A DNA stretch of 26,407 nucleotides from Methanobacteriota archaeon (GTDB lineage Archaea; Thermoplasmatota; Poseidoniia; Poseidoniales; Poseidoniaceae), in contig JABIWF010000031.1 of assembly GCA_018701175.1 (NCBI GenBank), positions 1-26,407 on the forward strand, given 5' to 3'. The notes under the pieces were generated by a model. That model worked only from the letters and a program-made list of their open reading frames with translations, did no database searches and had not been told where the DNA came from. A program made the translations under genes and the position numbers. Shown here in pieces: positions 8,010 through 15,589 of the stretch (its first letter is position 1; every line of letters starts with the position of its first letter).

Positions 8010-8848
8010 ATTCCTTTGCCGGACTTCTTCCCAAGTCGACCGGAAGCAACCAGTTTCTCAAGCAAGGGGTGAGGTGCATAGGCGTCATCATCAAAGGATG
8101 TTTGCAAGTTCTTCAATATGTCACGCCGGACATCGAGTCCGACCAAGTCAGTTAGAGCGAGAGGGCCCATTGGGTGTTTGTAGCCCAACACCATTGCAGT
8201 GTCAATGTCCTTCGCACTCGCCACTCCATCAGCCAGCATACGGATCGCTTCGTTTCCAAGAACAACACCGAGACGGCTCGTTGCAAATCCAGGAATATCT
8301 TTGACAAGAATCGTTGTCTTGCCCATTGCAGCACCAGCGGCTTGTGCCGCTGCAATGGTTTGCTCGCTGGTCGAATCATGGCGGACAAGTTCCAGCAACT
8401 TCATGATTGGAACGGGATTAAAGAAATGCATTCCAATGACGCTTTCTGGACGAGATGTGGCAGCGGCAATATCTGCAATTGAAAGGGATGAGGTGTTGGT
8501 ACCAAGTATGGCATGTGCCGGAGCAAGTTTGTCCAATTCAGCAAAAATTGAATGCTTCAAATCCGGAATTTCAGGTACTGCTTCGATTACCATGTCAGCC
8601 TGTGCTACTGCCTCAGCCATGTCGGAAACGGCGTGAAGGTTCGCACTCCACGACTCCTTTTGCTCAAGAGTCGTCTTACCACGAGCGATACCCTTGTCCC
8701 AAAAAGCATCGATTCGAGCCATACCCCGCTCTAATCCTTCTGGAAAGGCGTCAAACAGATTCGTTTTCCAACCACTTTGAGCACAAACTTGTGCGATTCC
8801 CGCACCCATTGTTCCTGCTCCAATAACCGCTACGCAACGAATCTCCAT
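7961..8848 (-). CDS. 3-hydroxyacyl-CoA / 3-hydroxybutyryl-CoA dehydrogenase
   Basis: N-terminal Rossmann motif VAVIGAGTMGAGIAQVCAQSG, then IGMHFFNPVPIMKLLELV, typical of the 3HCDH family. The start is taken at ATG 8848 (MEIRCVAVIGAG), 25 nt after the upstream EamA stop. The 3' end overlaps the K+ channel gene by 49 nt. Confidence 0.9.
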   Translation of the reverse strand: MEIRCVAVIGAGTMGAGIAQVCAQSGWKTNLFDAFPEGLERGMARIDAFWDKGIARGKTTLEQKESWSANLHAVSDMAEAVAQADMVIEAVPEIPDLKHSIFAELDKLAPAHAILGTNTSSLSIADIAAATSRPESVIGMHFFNPVPIMKLLELVRHDSTSEQTIAAAQAAGAAMGKTTILVKDIPGFATSRLGVVLGNEAIRMLADGVASAKDIDTAMVLGYKHPMGPLALTDLVGLDVRRDILKNLQTSFDDDAYAPHPLLEKLVASGRLGKKSGKGIYDWSSGEAVETELPE

Positions 8849-8873
8849 GAATAGCCCAACAGGCGGGACTTCA

Positions 8874-9794
8874 TCATGCTTCCTTGACAACAGGTTGCTT
8901 GCTCTGAGCAAGCGCCACACCGCCGACAATCAACACAAAGGCGATCAAAAGTGAAGCCCCAAGTTTCTCATCCAGCAGTAAATATCCGCTGTAGATACCA
9001 AAGATGGGTACAAGATAGACGTACAAGGCGCTTTTACCTGCACCGATGGTAAGTATGCCGTCAGCAAACCAAACGTACGAAACAACCGTCGAGAAGATCG
9101 CGAGGAAAAGAATGGCAACCCACCCATCGAACGATGGTTCAGGAATCCCCATCACCGCTGTCTCGACAGCAGCGATAGGAGTCAACATCACCAAGCCAAT
9201 CACAGAGGACCAAACGGTGAGTTGCAACGGGGAGAGACATCGGTCTGAGTCTTCGGCCGGTTGCGTCATTGCAATTTTCATTTGAATGGAATTGCATGCC
9301 CATGCAAAGGCAGCACCTGCGATGAGAGCATCGCCAAGCGCTCGCTCATAGAACGGAATATCGACGTTCGGAGAGTAGAGAAAAAGAACAGTGACACCTG
9401 CCAGCCCAAGAGCAATCCCTGCACCGAGTCGCCAGTGTATGGCTTCGTTGAGGAAGAAAATGGCGAGAACTGCAGTGAAAAACGGATTGAAAGTAATCAT
9501 CAATGAAGCGTCGCCTGCAGCAGTGTATTTCATTCCGACCATGAAAAAAGCCTGATACAGACAGGTTGCAAAAAAACCAATCCAAGCAATTCTCTTCCAT
9601 TCACCGCGGGTGGGAATCATCCATTGGTTTGAGAGTTTCAGGTAAATCACGAACAGAGCAACAGCCACAACATAACGTATCCAGGAGGCCGCAAACGGAG
9701 CGATGTCTTGAGCAATCACACGACCAGCAGGCCATCCAATTCCCCAAACGATGACAACAAAAATCAATTTCATGTGAACCAAGAGGTTCTTCAT
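8874..9794 (-). CDS. DMT-superfamily (EamA-type) transporter
   Basis: About 10 hydrophobic helices arranged as two halves, the usual EamA-duplication layout. ATG 9794 overlaps the upstream stop (ATGA). Confidence 0.8.
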   Translation of the reverse strand: MKNLLVHMKLIFVVIVWGIGWPAGRVIAQDIAPFAASWIRYVVAVALFVIYLKLSNQWMIPTRGEWKRIAWIGFFATCLYQAFFMVGMKYTAAGDASLMITFNPFFTAVLAIFFLNEAIHWRLGAGIALGLAGVTVLFLYSPNVDIPFYERALGDALIAGAAFAWACNSIQMKIAMTQPAEDSDRCLSPLQLTVWSSVIGLVMLTPIAAVETAVMGIPEPSFDGWVAILFLAIFSTVVSYVWFADGILTIGAGKSALYVYLVPIFGIYSGYLLLDEKLGASLLIAFVLIVGGVALAQSKQPVVKEA

Positions 9795-10327
9795 GAAAAC
9801 CGCTCCAATCCAAGTTGGAGCATGCGTGAACGGGGTAAGCCGATTTCAGGCAGACCAGCCGCAGGTGCGTAGAGTTTCAAGCCTTCAATGCGAGAAACAT
9901 AGAGCCCATAGCTGGCAATGTCGGTCGGGTCATAGGGTGTAGGAACGCCCATTCGAGTGAGTGTGTCACAAGCCGCCTCTGTATAGAGGGGAAACAGATT
10001 GGTCGAGAAGTGCATCCATGCTGAAACACGAGCTGCATCGACGTTGTCGAGCGTCAATAGGTGTTCAAGCAGAGATACATCTGGATAGTTTACAGTTCGC
10101 AATGTCATCTCAACCTCGTTCGAGATATCTTCAGGCCAAACGAAGGGGTCATTGTTCGCCCATTGGTCTGCAACACGGATGTGATCGAGGGATGCTTCGG
10201 TTTCAATCGAGAATAAGGCGTTGGCGTATTTCTCATCATCAACCGTGTCAGCAACGAGACCTGGGAGCGCATCATAGAATGCTTCGCACTTTTCTACGTC
10301 AATGCCGTACAATGATACTGGAATCAT
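9791..10327 (-). CDS. Hypothetical acidic soluble protein (178 aa), co-transcribed with the BoxB-like oxygenase
   Basis: ATG 10327 (MIPVSLYGIDVEKCEAF...) lies 7 nt after a GGAGGG SD on the minus strand and 25 nt after the oxygenase stop. I recognise no motif. It has only two Cys, so it is not an Fe-S reductase. Confidence 0.6.
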   Translation of the reverse strand: MIPVSLYGIDVEKCEAFYDALPGLVADTVDDEKYANALFSIETEASLDHIRVADQWANNDPFVWPEDISNEVEMTLRTVNYPDVSLLEHLLTLDNVDAARVSAWMHFSTNLFPLYTEAACDTLTRMGVPTPYDPTDIASYGLYVSRIEGLKLYAPAAGLPEIGLPRSRMLQLGLERFS

Positions 10328-10352
10328 AGTAACCCTCCAGAGAGCACGGGTC

Positions 10353-11513
10353 TCAAACTTTTGCACCGATACCGGATGCAATTTGTCGAGCAGACATAGG
10401 CTTGTTCGCCACCCATTCTTGCTTGAAAAGTTCCTTGAGAAGTTCTTCGTCAGCAGCGGTAGGTAGAGCTGCCTCTATGTAGGCGTCCCATTCTTCGTCG
10501 CTGCCTTCGAAAGCAACACCTTCAATGGTGAACCTTTGACGCTTGAATGCACCAATGGCACGGTTGAAGTTTTCATGAGGAACAATCAACGGAGCGCTGC
10601 CTTCTGGCAAGTAACCGTTCAATTTACCGACTTCAGCAACGATTTCTGTGTGGTAGTGTCCACGAGCCTCTTCGTTGAGAACTTCTTTGTCAACTTCAAT
10701 TCCTGCTTCGAGTTTCTTCCGCTCGTCCCAGCGTCCTTTGACACCCCAAACGTACGACCAATGAGCGGATGAAGATGCATCGACACCAAACAAGTCGTGT
10801 GCGGTAGAGACCCACTTGTTGAAGAATTTCTGAAGCATGTCGAGCGGAATGACGCCTGCCTTGATGACTCTGCGCAAGCCGTTCGAGCCGGTTCCCAAGT
10901 GGAACGACTCTTCCTTGAGCATTGGGCCCATCGAAGCAGCCAATGGCTTGAATGCGGAAGTTGAGAGCATGCCAAGTTGGAACTTGCCATCACGGTCGAC
11001 AAACATGGTGTAGCAGAAGAAGTCGAGCCAGTGCGGCATTGGACGGTTGAAAGCACCGAGCAATCGGTCGCCGTCTTGTGCGTTGCGCTCAAGCAGTTTT
11101 TGTGCTTCACGGCGTCCTTGTTGTCCGAAATAGGTCATCAAGAGGTAGGCCATTTGCCATCCGTGACGTTGTTCTTCAGCCATGATTCTGGCAGCTGCGT
11201 AGCGGTCATAATCTGTTGGCGCAGATGCAAGGAGGTGGCGTTGTTGTTCTACTGAAGCGAACTCAGTGTCACCCTGAACGGTAATCATGCTAACAAGAGC
11301 GTCTCTCATGCTCTGGTGTGGGACTTGGAGTGAACGTTCCCATTTTGCACGTCCAGCGTAGTCACCAAACTCGATAACATCGCCAGCGCGGTCCCAATCG
11401 AATTGGATGGAGAGATCGAAGTCGCCCATCCATTCTCTGTTGTAACCAACGCGGTCTTGCCATTCAGTAAAGTTAGAAATCCAGTCTTCCCAAGTATTCG
11501 GTAGGTTGTCCAT
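10353..11513 (-). CDS. Diiron acyl-CoA oxygenase/epoxidase of the BoxB/PaaA family (benzoyl-CoA oxygenase component B-like)
   Basis: Two diiron half-sites are present. The first is QGDTEFASVEQQRHL...AEEQRHGW, with the E of DTE 30 residues before E-x-x-H. The second is FVDRDGKFQL...LKEESFHLG, with D 29 residues before E-x-x-H. The Asp in the second site and the QGDTE-x-ASVEQQRHL and DRDGKFQL strings match my recollection of BoxB. Confidence 0.8.
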   Translation of the reverse strand: MDNLPNTWEDWISNFTEWQDRVGYNREWMGDFDLSIQFDWDRAGDVIEFGDYAGRAKWERSLQVPHQSMRDALVSMITVQGDTEFASVEQQRHLLASAPTDYDRYAAARIMAEEQRHGWQMAYLLMTYFGQQGRREAQKLLERNAQDGDRLLGAFNRPMPHWLDFFCYTMFVDRDGKFQLGMLSTSAFKPLAASMGPMLKEESFHLGTGSNGLRRVIKAGVIPLDMLQKFFNKWVSTAHDLFGVDASSSAHWSYVWGVKGRWDERKKLEAGIEVDKEVLNEEARGHYHTEIVAEVGKLNGYLPEGSAPLIVPHENFNRAIGAFKRQRFTIEGVAFEGSDEEWDAYIEAALPTAADEELLKELFKQEWVANKPMSARQIASGIGAKV

Positions 11514-11547
11514 GTGTTCTCGACAGTCGGGTCTACCTTATCTCCTT

Positions 11548-11573
11548 TGCGAACATGTTCGCACGAACATGTT
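11548..11573. promoter_or_regulatory. 16-bp perfect palindrome TGCGAACATGTTCGCA plus a second CGAACATGTT copy; candidate operator upstream of the oxygenase promoter
   Basis: Bases 11548-11563 are self-complementary. CGAACATGTT recurs at 11550-11559 and 11564-11573 (14-nt period). The palindrome centre is ~42 nt upstream of the oxygenase ATG, just upstream of a TATA-like GATAAGGT centred near -26. Confidence 0.45.
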
Positions 11574-12198
11574 AGGGGCTGCGCCTGCGGATGTCGTCAG
11601 CATAGGCATGGTGTACGGTTGATTCGATGCGGTGAAGTTGTGCTGAAAGGGTAGACTTCGCTACATCAAGAACACTTGCCAGCTCAGTGAGCGTGATTCG
11701 CCGTGGAACATCGTAGAACCCTTCCTTCATGGCAGTGTCAAACACATAGCGCTGACGAGGTGTGAGCAATCGGTTGGTGATGCCACGTGTTGAAACAAGT
11801 TGGTACGGTATCTCCTCGTTGTCAAACCCGGATAACAAATCTCGAACTTTTTCTCGAGCGCACGAGATTGTCCATTCAACCCATCCATCCCGAACTTCGA
11901 ATGGCGTGTGTGGAATAACGCCGACCTTGAGTAGAGGTTTGAGAAATCCTCCGCCGCCTGCAATAATATCGACAACAAAACTCTGCTTACCGAAACTTCG
12001 AACATCTTCGATGCCTGAGTGTCCAGATACTGTGTCAGTGATGTCTTCACTGCATGATGCCCGTGCAGTACCTCGGCCTTTTTGCAACGGCATGTGCTCT
12101 TCGATTCGGAGTACTGCAGAGGGATGACTGCGCGTGACATCACCTGCCCAGTGACCTTCTGGCAAACGGACTTCAATCCGTACTTGCTGCACCGCCAT
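11572..12198 (-). CDS. HTH_10 (bacterio-opsin activator Bat-type) transcriptional regulator
   Basis: The C-terminal LTPRQRYVFDTAMKEGFYDVPRRITLTELASVLDVAKSTLSAQLHRIESTV is a textbook HTH_10 domain. The start is taken at ATG 12198 (MAVQQVRIEVRLPEGHW). The ORF-track extension to 12282 is Cys/His/Arg-rich and unlikely to be coding. Confidence 0.85.
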   Translation of the reverse strand: MAVQQVRIEVRLPEGHWAGDVTRSHPSAVLRIEEHMPLQKGRGTARASCSEDITDTVSGHSGIEDVRSFGKQSFVVDIIAGGGGFLKPLLKVGVIPHTPFEVRDGWVEWTISCAREKVRDLLSGFDNEEIPYQLVSTRGITNRLLTPRQRYVFDTAMKEGFYDVPRRITLTELASVLDVAKSTLSAQLHRIESTVHHAYADDIRRRSP

Positions 12199-12309
12199 GC
12201 ACCGATGTAGGGACCGATGCACTTGAAGTTCACGAACGCTGGATGGCTTCCTGTGAGAAAAACACATTACCAATTTACTCATTCTTTTGAAACGAAATAT
12301 TCCTCAGTT

Positions 12310-13419
12310 TTAACTGTTGAAAGGATGGTCCTCTGGTTGAACCTTCCAACCGGTTGGCCCAACGACGTAGATTGTGTTGCGAGTTTCCACTCGTCCTGTC
12401 GCTCTTTCATCGTACGAAATCGACTGAATTGGACTTGATTTTATATTCGATTCTCCCAAACGTGGATGTGCGTACGCGTACCCCTTCAACAACCCACCTT
12501 CTACGTAGGCATCCCGAATGACCACTTCCGGCTTTGTAGGTTGCGTGTTCGCCATCAGTTCAGAGCCAACCAGATACTTAGCGAGCTCGAAATAATCAAG
12601 TTGGGAATCCATGTAGATTTCAAGGGATGCAAATTCACTCAACACCTCCTCAACGGTCAGCGGCGAGTCACCGTATTCAGTTAGAATCTTCATGTAGTCC
12701 TTGGCGAGTATGGTGCCGGAATGATCAGGGTCAAAAACTTGGAATGCCTTGACAAGCTCATCTTCAGCAGTTGAGTCGTTGTGAATGTAATCTTTCACCT
12801 CTTGAGAGGATTCATTCAAAGGCTCTATCCTGCCCCACTCAACTCCGTCTTCAACATCACCGTCATCAAAATGAATCTGGTAAGTTTCATCAGCGTTCTT
12901 CTTAGAGATGCTTCCTGAATAAAAGTGGCCGTAGTTTTTCCAGTTCACAAACACCCTATCGCCGGTAGAATACGGTGCAGAAGCGGGACGGATGGTCCCT
13001 GGACTGTTGCCAATAACAACGGCGTACTTTGTCTCGGTTTTGTTGGTCTTAGGTACTTCAATCTTGTAAGTTCCATCGTTATTGATGCCTGTCACTTTGC
13101 ATCTGTTCAACCAACGTTGGTTGGTTGGACTGTAGTATTCGACATGGTCGCCCACACTGAACGATGCCGGAAGATCAAACCCGTTGTCGGGTGGAGCTTG
13201 CTGTTGAGGTGAGTTTAGCATGCCAAGTTGTTGAAGTGCAGTAACAATCGCTGCTGTGACCATGCTTGGATCGTTATGAATATTGGTGGTAATGACATCT
13301 CCACTGATTACCGAATCCTGCATGTTCAGAGAAGAACCCTTGCTGTTGGGTGGAGTTGGAATCCATTGGTCTCCGGTCCACATAAATTTGCCATCAGGGC
13401 TCAGAATGATGTCCGTCAT
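12310..13419 (-). CDS. Multidomain protein: N-terminal W-rich motif, two Tudor/Agenet/SH3-like modules, an EF-hand pair and an unknown C-terminal domain
   Basis: Tudor-like modules: FSVGDHVEYYSPTNQRWLNRCKVTGINNDGTYKIEV and YSTGDRVFVNWKNYGHFYSGSISKKNADETYQIHFDDGDVEDGVEW. The EF-hand loop DPDHSGTILAKD sits within ELVKAFQVFDPDHSGTILAKDYMKIL, followed by a degenerate second hand (EIYMDSQLDYFELAKYL). Confidence 0.8.
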   Translation of the reverse strand: MTDIILSPDGKFMWTGDQWIPTPPNSKGSSLNMQDSVISGDVITTNIHNDPSMVTAAIVTALQQLGMLNSPQQQAPPDNGFDLPASFSVGDHVEYYSPTNQRWLNRCKVTGINNDGTYKIEVPKTNKTETKYAVVIGNSPGTIRPASAPYSTGDRVFVNWKNYGHFYSGSISKKNADETYQIHFDDGDVEDGVEWGRIEPLNESSQEVKDYIHNDSTAEDELVKAFQVFDPDHSGTILAKDYMKILTEYGDSPLTVEEVLSEFASLEIYMDSQLDYFELAKYLVGSELMANTQPTKPEVVIRDAYVEGGLLKGYAYAHPRLGESNIKSSPIQSISYDERATGRVETRNTIYVVGPTGWKVQPEDHPFNS

Positions 13420-13604
13420 GGGTGAAGCACAGGGATGAGTCTAACATAACCTTCGGCGAAGTGGCAGGTGCCTCAGATTTCAAAACGAACTGAAAAACCG
13501 TATTCAGAAGTGGAGAAAGGGCCTTAGTTGCTGTAAAATGCCTGTTCGGACTGGAGGGAAATAAATACAGAGACTCATATACCCCCTTTACGATTCTTTC
13601 TAAC

Positions 13605-13850
13605 ATGGACGTAACTATGTCAAAAACCAGAAAACTTTTCTCAGCATCTAAAATTGCTGGGTATCTATTGGGCCTGCTCGGGATCTCTGCATTCGCAGTG
13701 ACCCAGTTTCTATCAGCCCTCATGCCGCTGCTTTTCGCACCAATGGTGTGTGCAGTACTCGGACTTGTGCTCTACAAGAGCCAAGCCGGTCAAAAGTCGA
13801 GCAATGCATTTGACATCCAGTCAAATGCTGTGCCGGAACAATCGGTTTGA
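13605..13850 (+). CDS. Small two-TM membrane protein (hypothetical)
   Basis: Two hydrophobic helices (IAGYLLGLLGISAFAVTQFLSAL and LLFAPMVCAVLGLVLY) and a polar tail. It is the only plausible ORF in an otherwise 460-nt gap. No homology was recognised. Confidence 0.4.
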   Translation: MDVTMSKTRKLFSASKIAGYLLGLLGISAFAVTQFLSALMPLLFAPMVCAVLGLVLYKSQAGQKSSNAFDIQSNAVPEQSV

Positions 13851-13880
13851 AACTCATTGAAGAATAGCTCGGGATACCGA

Positions 13881-14834
13881 TCAAACGTTTCGGGTTGTCT
13901 CAATCCGACGAACGGTGCCACTCTCGACGTCGATGACTTCACCGAACGTCGTGGTGTGCTTCTCCCCGAGAATCGCTGCAGGCAGATACCCATCGCAAAC
14001 TCCTGATGCGGCAAAGATAGCATTCTCGCTTTTACACAGGTCATGCGCTTCCCAAAGACGTGTCAAGTCGTCACCAACCATGTTTCCAGCACGGGCTTCC
14101 TCTTCATCGGAGCGGAACACAAGCCTGCCTTCAAAGACGCCACCAAGACCACGGATGGCAGTGGCTGAGATGACTCCTTCAGGCGCTGCGCCAATACCCA
14201 TGAGTAAATCGTATGGTCCGTCTGGGCGAGCTGCCCAAATTGCGCCAGAGACATCACCGTCTCCCATCAGTTCCAACTGAGCACCGCTTGCACGGATTTC
14301 TTTGAACAACTCTGAATGACGTTCACGGTCAAGGGCAACGACTCGAACATCGGAGACTGCTTTGTCCAAAGCCGCCGCAGTTTGTTCAAGGTTGTATGCA
14401 ACCCCGCCGTCAAGGCTGATGTGGCCTACAAGTTCAGGACCGCCTGCAATCTTGTCCATGTAACAATCCGGAGCATGCAAAAGCGTGCCACGAGGTGCTG
14501 CAGCGAGAACTGCAATTGAGTTTGGAGAATTTGAGGCACAGTTGTTGGTGCATTCAAGAGGATCTACGGCAATGTCAATTTGAGGTGCGCCGGCAACGCC
14601 AACCATGCTCCCGATTTCTTCTCCAATGTAGAGCATGGGTGCTTCATCTCGCTCACCTTCACCAATGGCGACACGCCCATCAAAAGGTACGTTGTCAAAG
14701 GTGCGACGCATCGCTTCGACAGCTGCTTCATCAGCCTTGTCTTTTTCACCAAGGCCACGCCATGCAGCACTGGAAATTGCCGCTTGGTCCACGGCTTCTA
14801 AGAAGTGGTGGTAAAGGTCGCCTACACTGCCCAT
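13881..14834 (-). CDS. glpX: Class II fructose-1,6-bisphosphatase (GlpX family)
   Basis: GlpX signatures: AAISSAAWRGLGEKDKADEAAVEAMRRTF, VAIGEGERDEAPMLYIGEEIG and IAVDPLECTNNCA. Confidence 0.9.
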   Translation of the reverse strand: MGSVGDLYHHFLEAVDQAAISSAAWRGLGEKDKADEAAVEAMRRTFDNVPFDGRVAIGEGERDEAPMLYIGEEIGSMVGVAGAPQIDIAVDPLECTNNCASNSPNSIAVLAAAPRGTLLHAPDCYMDKIAGGPELVGHISLDGGVAYNLEQTAAALDKAVSDVRVVALDRERHSELFKEIRASGAQLELMGDGDVSGAIWAARPDGPYDLLMGIGAAPEGVISATAIRGLGGVFEGRLVFRSDEEEARAGNMVGDDLTRLWEAHDLCKSENAIFAASGVCDGYLPAAILGEKHTTTFGEVIDVESGTVRRIETTRNV

Positions 14835-14894
14835 GATTCACGACGGGCGCGCCCCATCCATGAATGAAACGGTTTGAATCGACGTATGAGCTCT

Positions 14895-15539
14895 TCATTC
14901 AATCAAGCCAGCATCATCGTCAGAAGCATCCTCAAAAGGTTCGTAAGACCATACTTTGGTTGTCACGAAAGCAAGAAGAACGATCTTGCCAAAGTCCCAC
15001 AAAAGGAACGGCTCTGTACCCCATTCAAAGGCTTGAGCGATGTCTACAGCATAGGCTTCAGCCAGCCAAAGTGTTCCGAAAGTGTAGACCGGAATCATTG
15101 CAAGAGTCCAGCAGATGATTTGCGCCTTAATGTCTACAACTCCCGCTTTTCTTGAACGGTCTAAACCTTCTGCAATCAACGCAGATGCAACTGGGAAGGC
15201 AAGGAGATATCCTCCCGAAGCAATGAGTTGTGAACCGGAAAACAAACCACTGGCTCCACCGGCGAACACCGGAGCACCAACTGCACCGGCGATGAGGTAA
15301 ACGGTACCTGAAAGGAAAGCATCGTTCCTTCGCAAATATACACCAGCAGCCATGATGGAGAACGTTTGGAAAGTGTAAGGCACTGGAGTCCAAGTTGTAG
15401 GAAGTGCCAATTGAGCGCATAGGGCGGTTAACCCAGCAAAGAAGAAAATGCCTACGGTTCGCTCCAAAAGTGTCGATTCATCATGCGATAGGGCAAGGTG
15501 CCACTTCGTAGGTTGCGTCAAATTCAACTGGCTGAGCAT
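14895..15539 (-). CDS. bioY: BioY-family biotin transporter S-component
   Basis: BioY hallmarks: TPVPYTFQTFSIMAAGVYL and IAGAVGAPVFAGGASGLF. About 6 TM helices. Confidence 0.85.
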   Translation of the reverse strand: MLSQLNLTQPTKWHLALSHDESTLLERTVGIFFFAGLTALCAQLALPTTWTPVPYTFQTFSIMAAGVYLRRNDAFLSGTVYLIAGAVGAPVFAGGASGLFSGSQLIASGGYLLAFPVASALIAEGLDRSRKAGVVDIKAQIICWTLAMIPVYTFGTLWLAEAYAVDIAQAFEWGTEPFLLWDFGKIVLLAFVTTKVWSYEPFEDASDDDAGLIE

Positions 15540-15589
15540 GTTGTGTCGTTGACTGAGAAGTTCTTAGTCGTTCATGAGCAACATTGTGG

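Noticed and set aside
10619-11110. 163-aa alternative-frame ORF on the same strand inside the BoxB-like gene. Similar shadow ORFs occur at 11727-12233, 4931-5461, 8199-8636, 21159-21800, 24874-25251 and 23834-24055.
   Set aside because: All lie wholly within strongly supported genes, in other frames or on the opposite strand. They have Ser/Arg/Cys/Thr-rich low-complexity composition and no start-site signals, which is typical of shadow ORFs.
12228-12237. GTTCACGAAC inverted repeat upstream of the HTH_10 gene as an autoregulatory copy of the oxygenase operator
   Set aside because: It shares only a 7-mer (CACGAAC) with the 11548-11573 site, and the half-site orientation differs. A 7-mer match is expected by chance a few times in 26 kb. 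It is mentioned under the operator finding but not called as a feature.
12199-12282. N-terminal extension of the HTH_10 regulator (start at 12282)
   Set aside because: The extra 28 residues (MSKLVMCFSHRKPSSVRELQVHRSLHRC) look non-native. The ATG at 12198 yields MAVQQVRIEVRLPEGHW, a typical beginning for this regulator family. The choice remains uncertain without homologue alignment.
13420-13604. The longest intergenic gap, considered as a possible small RNA, riboswitch or tRNA locus
   Set aside because: I found only very short stems (for example CTTC-GGC-GAAG near 13451-13461). There is no tRNA-like T-arm (GTTCGAATC-type) or extended helices. It most likely holds the divergent promoters of the flanking genes. 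It could still be screened with Infernal/Rfam.
13394-13723. 109-aa minus-strand ORF spanning the 13420-13604 gap
   Set aside because: It overlaps both the start of the Tudor/EF-hand gene and the small membrane-protein ORF on the other strand. It has no recognisable motif or SD, so it is probably non-coding.
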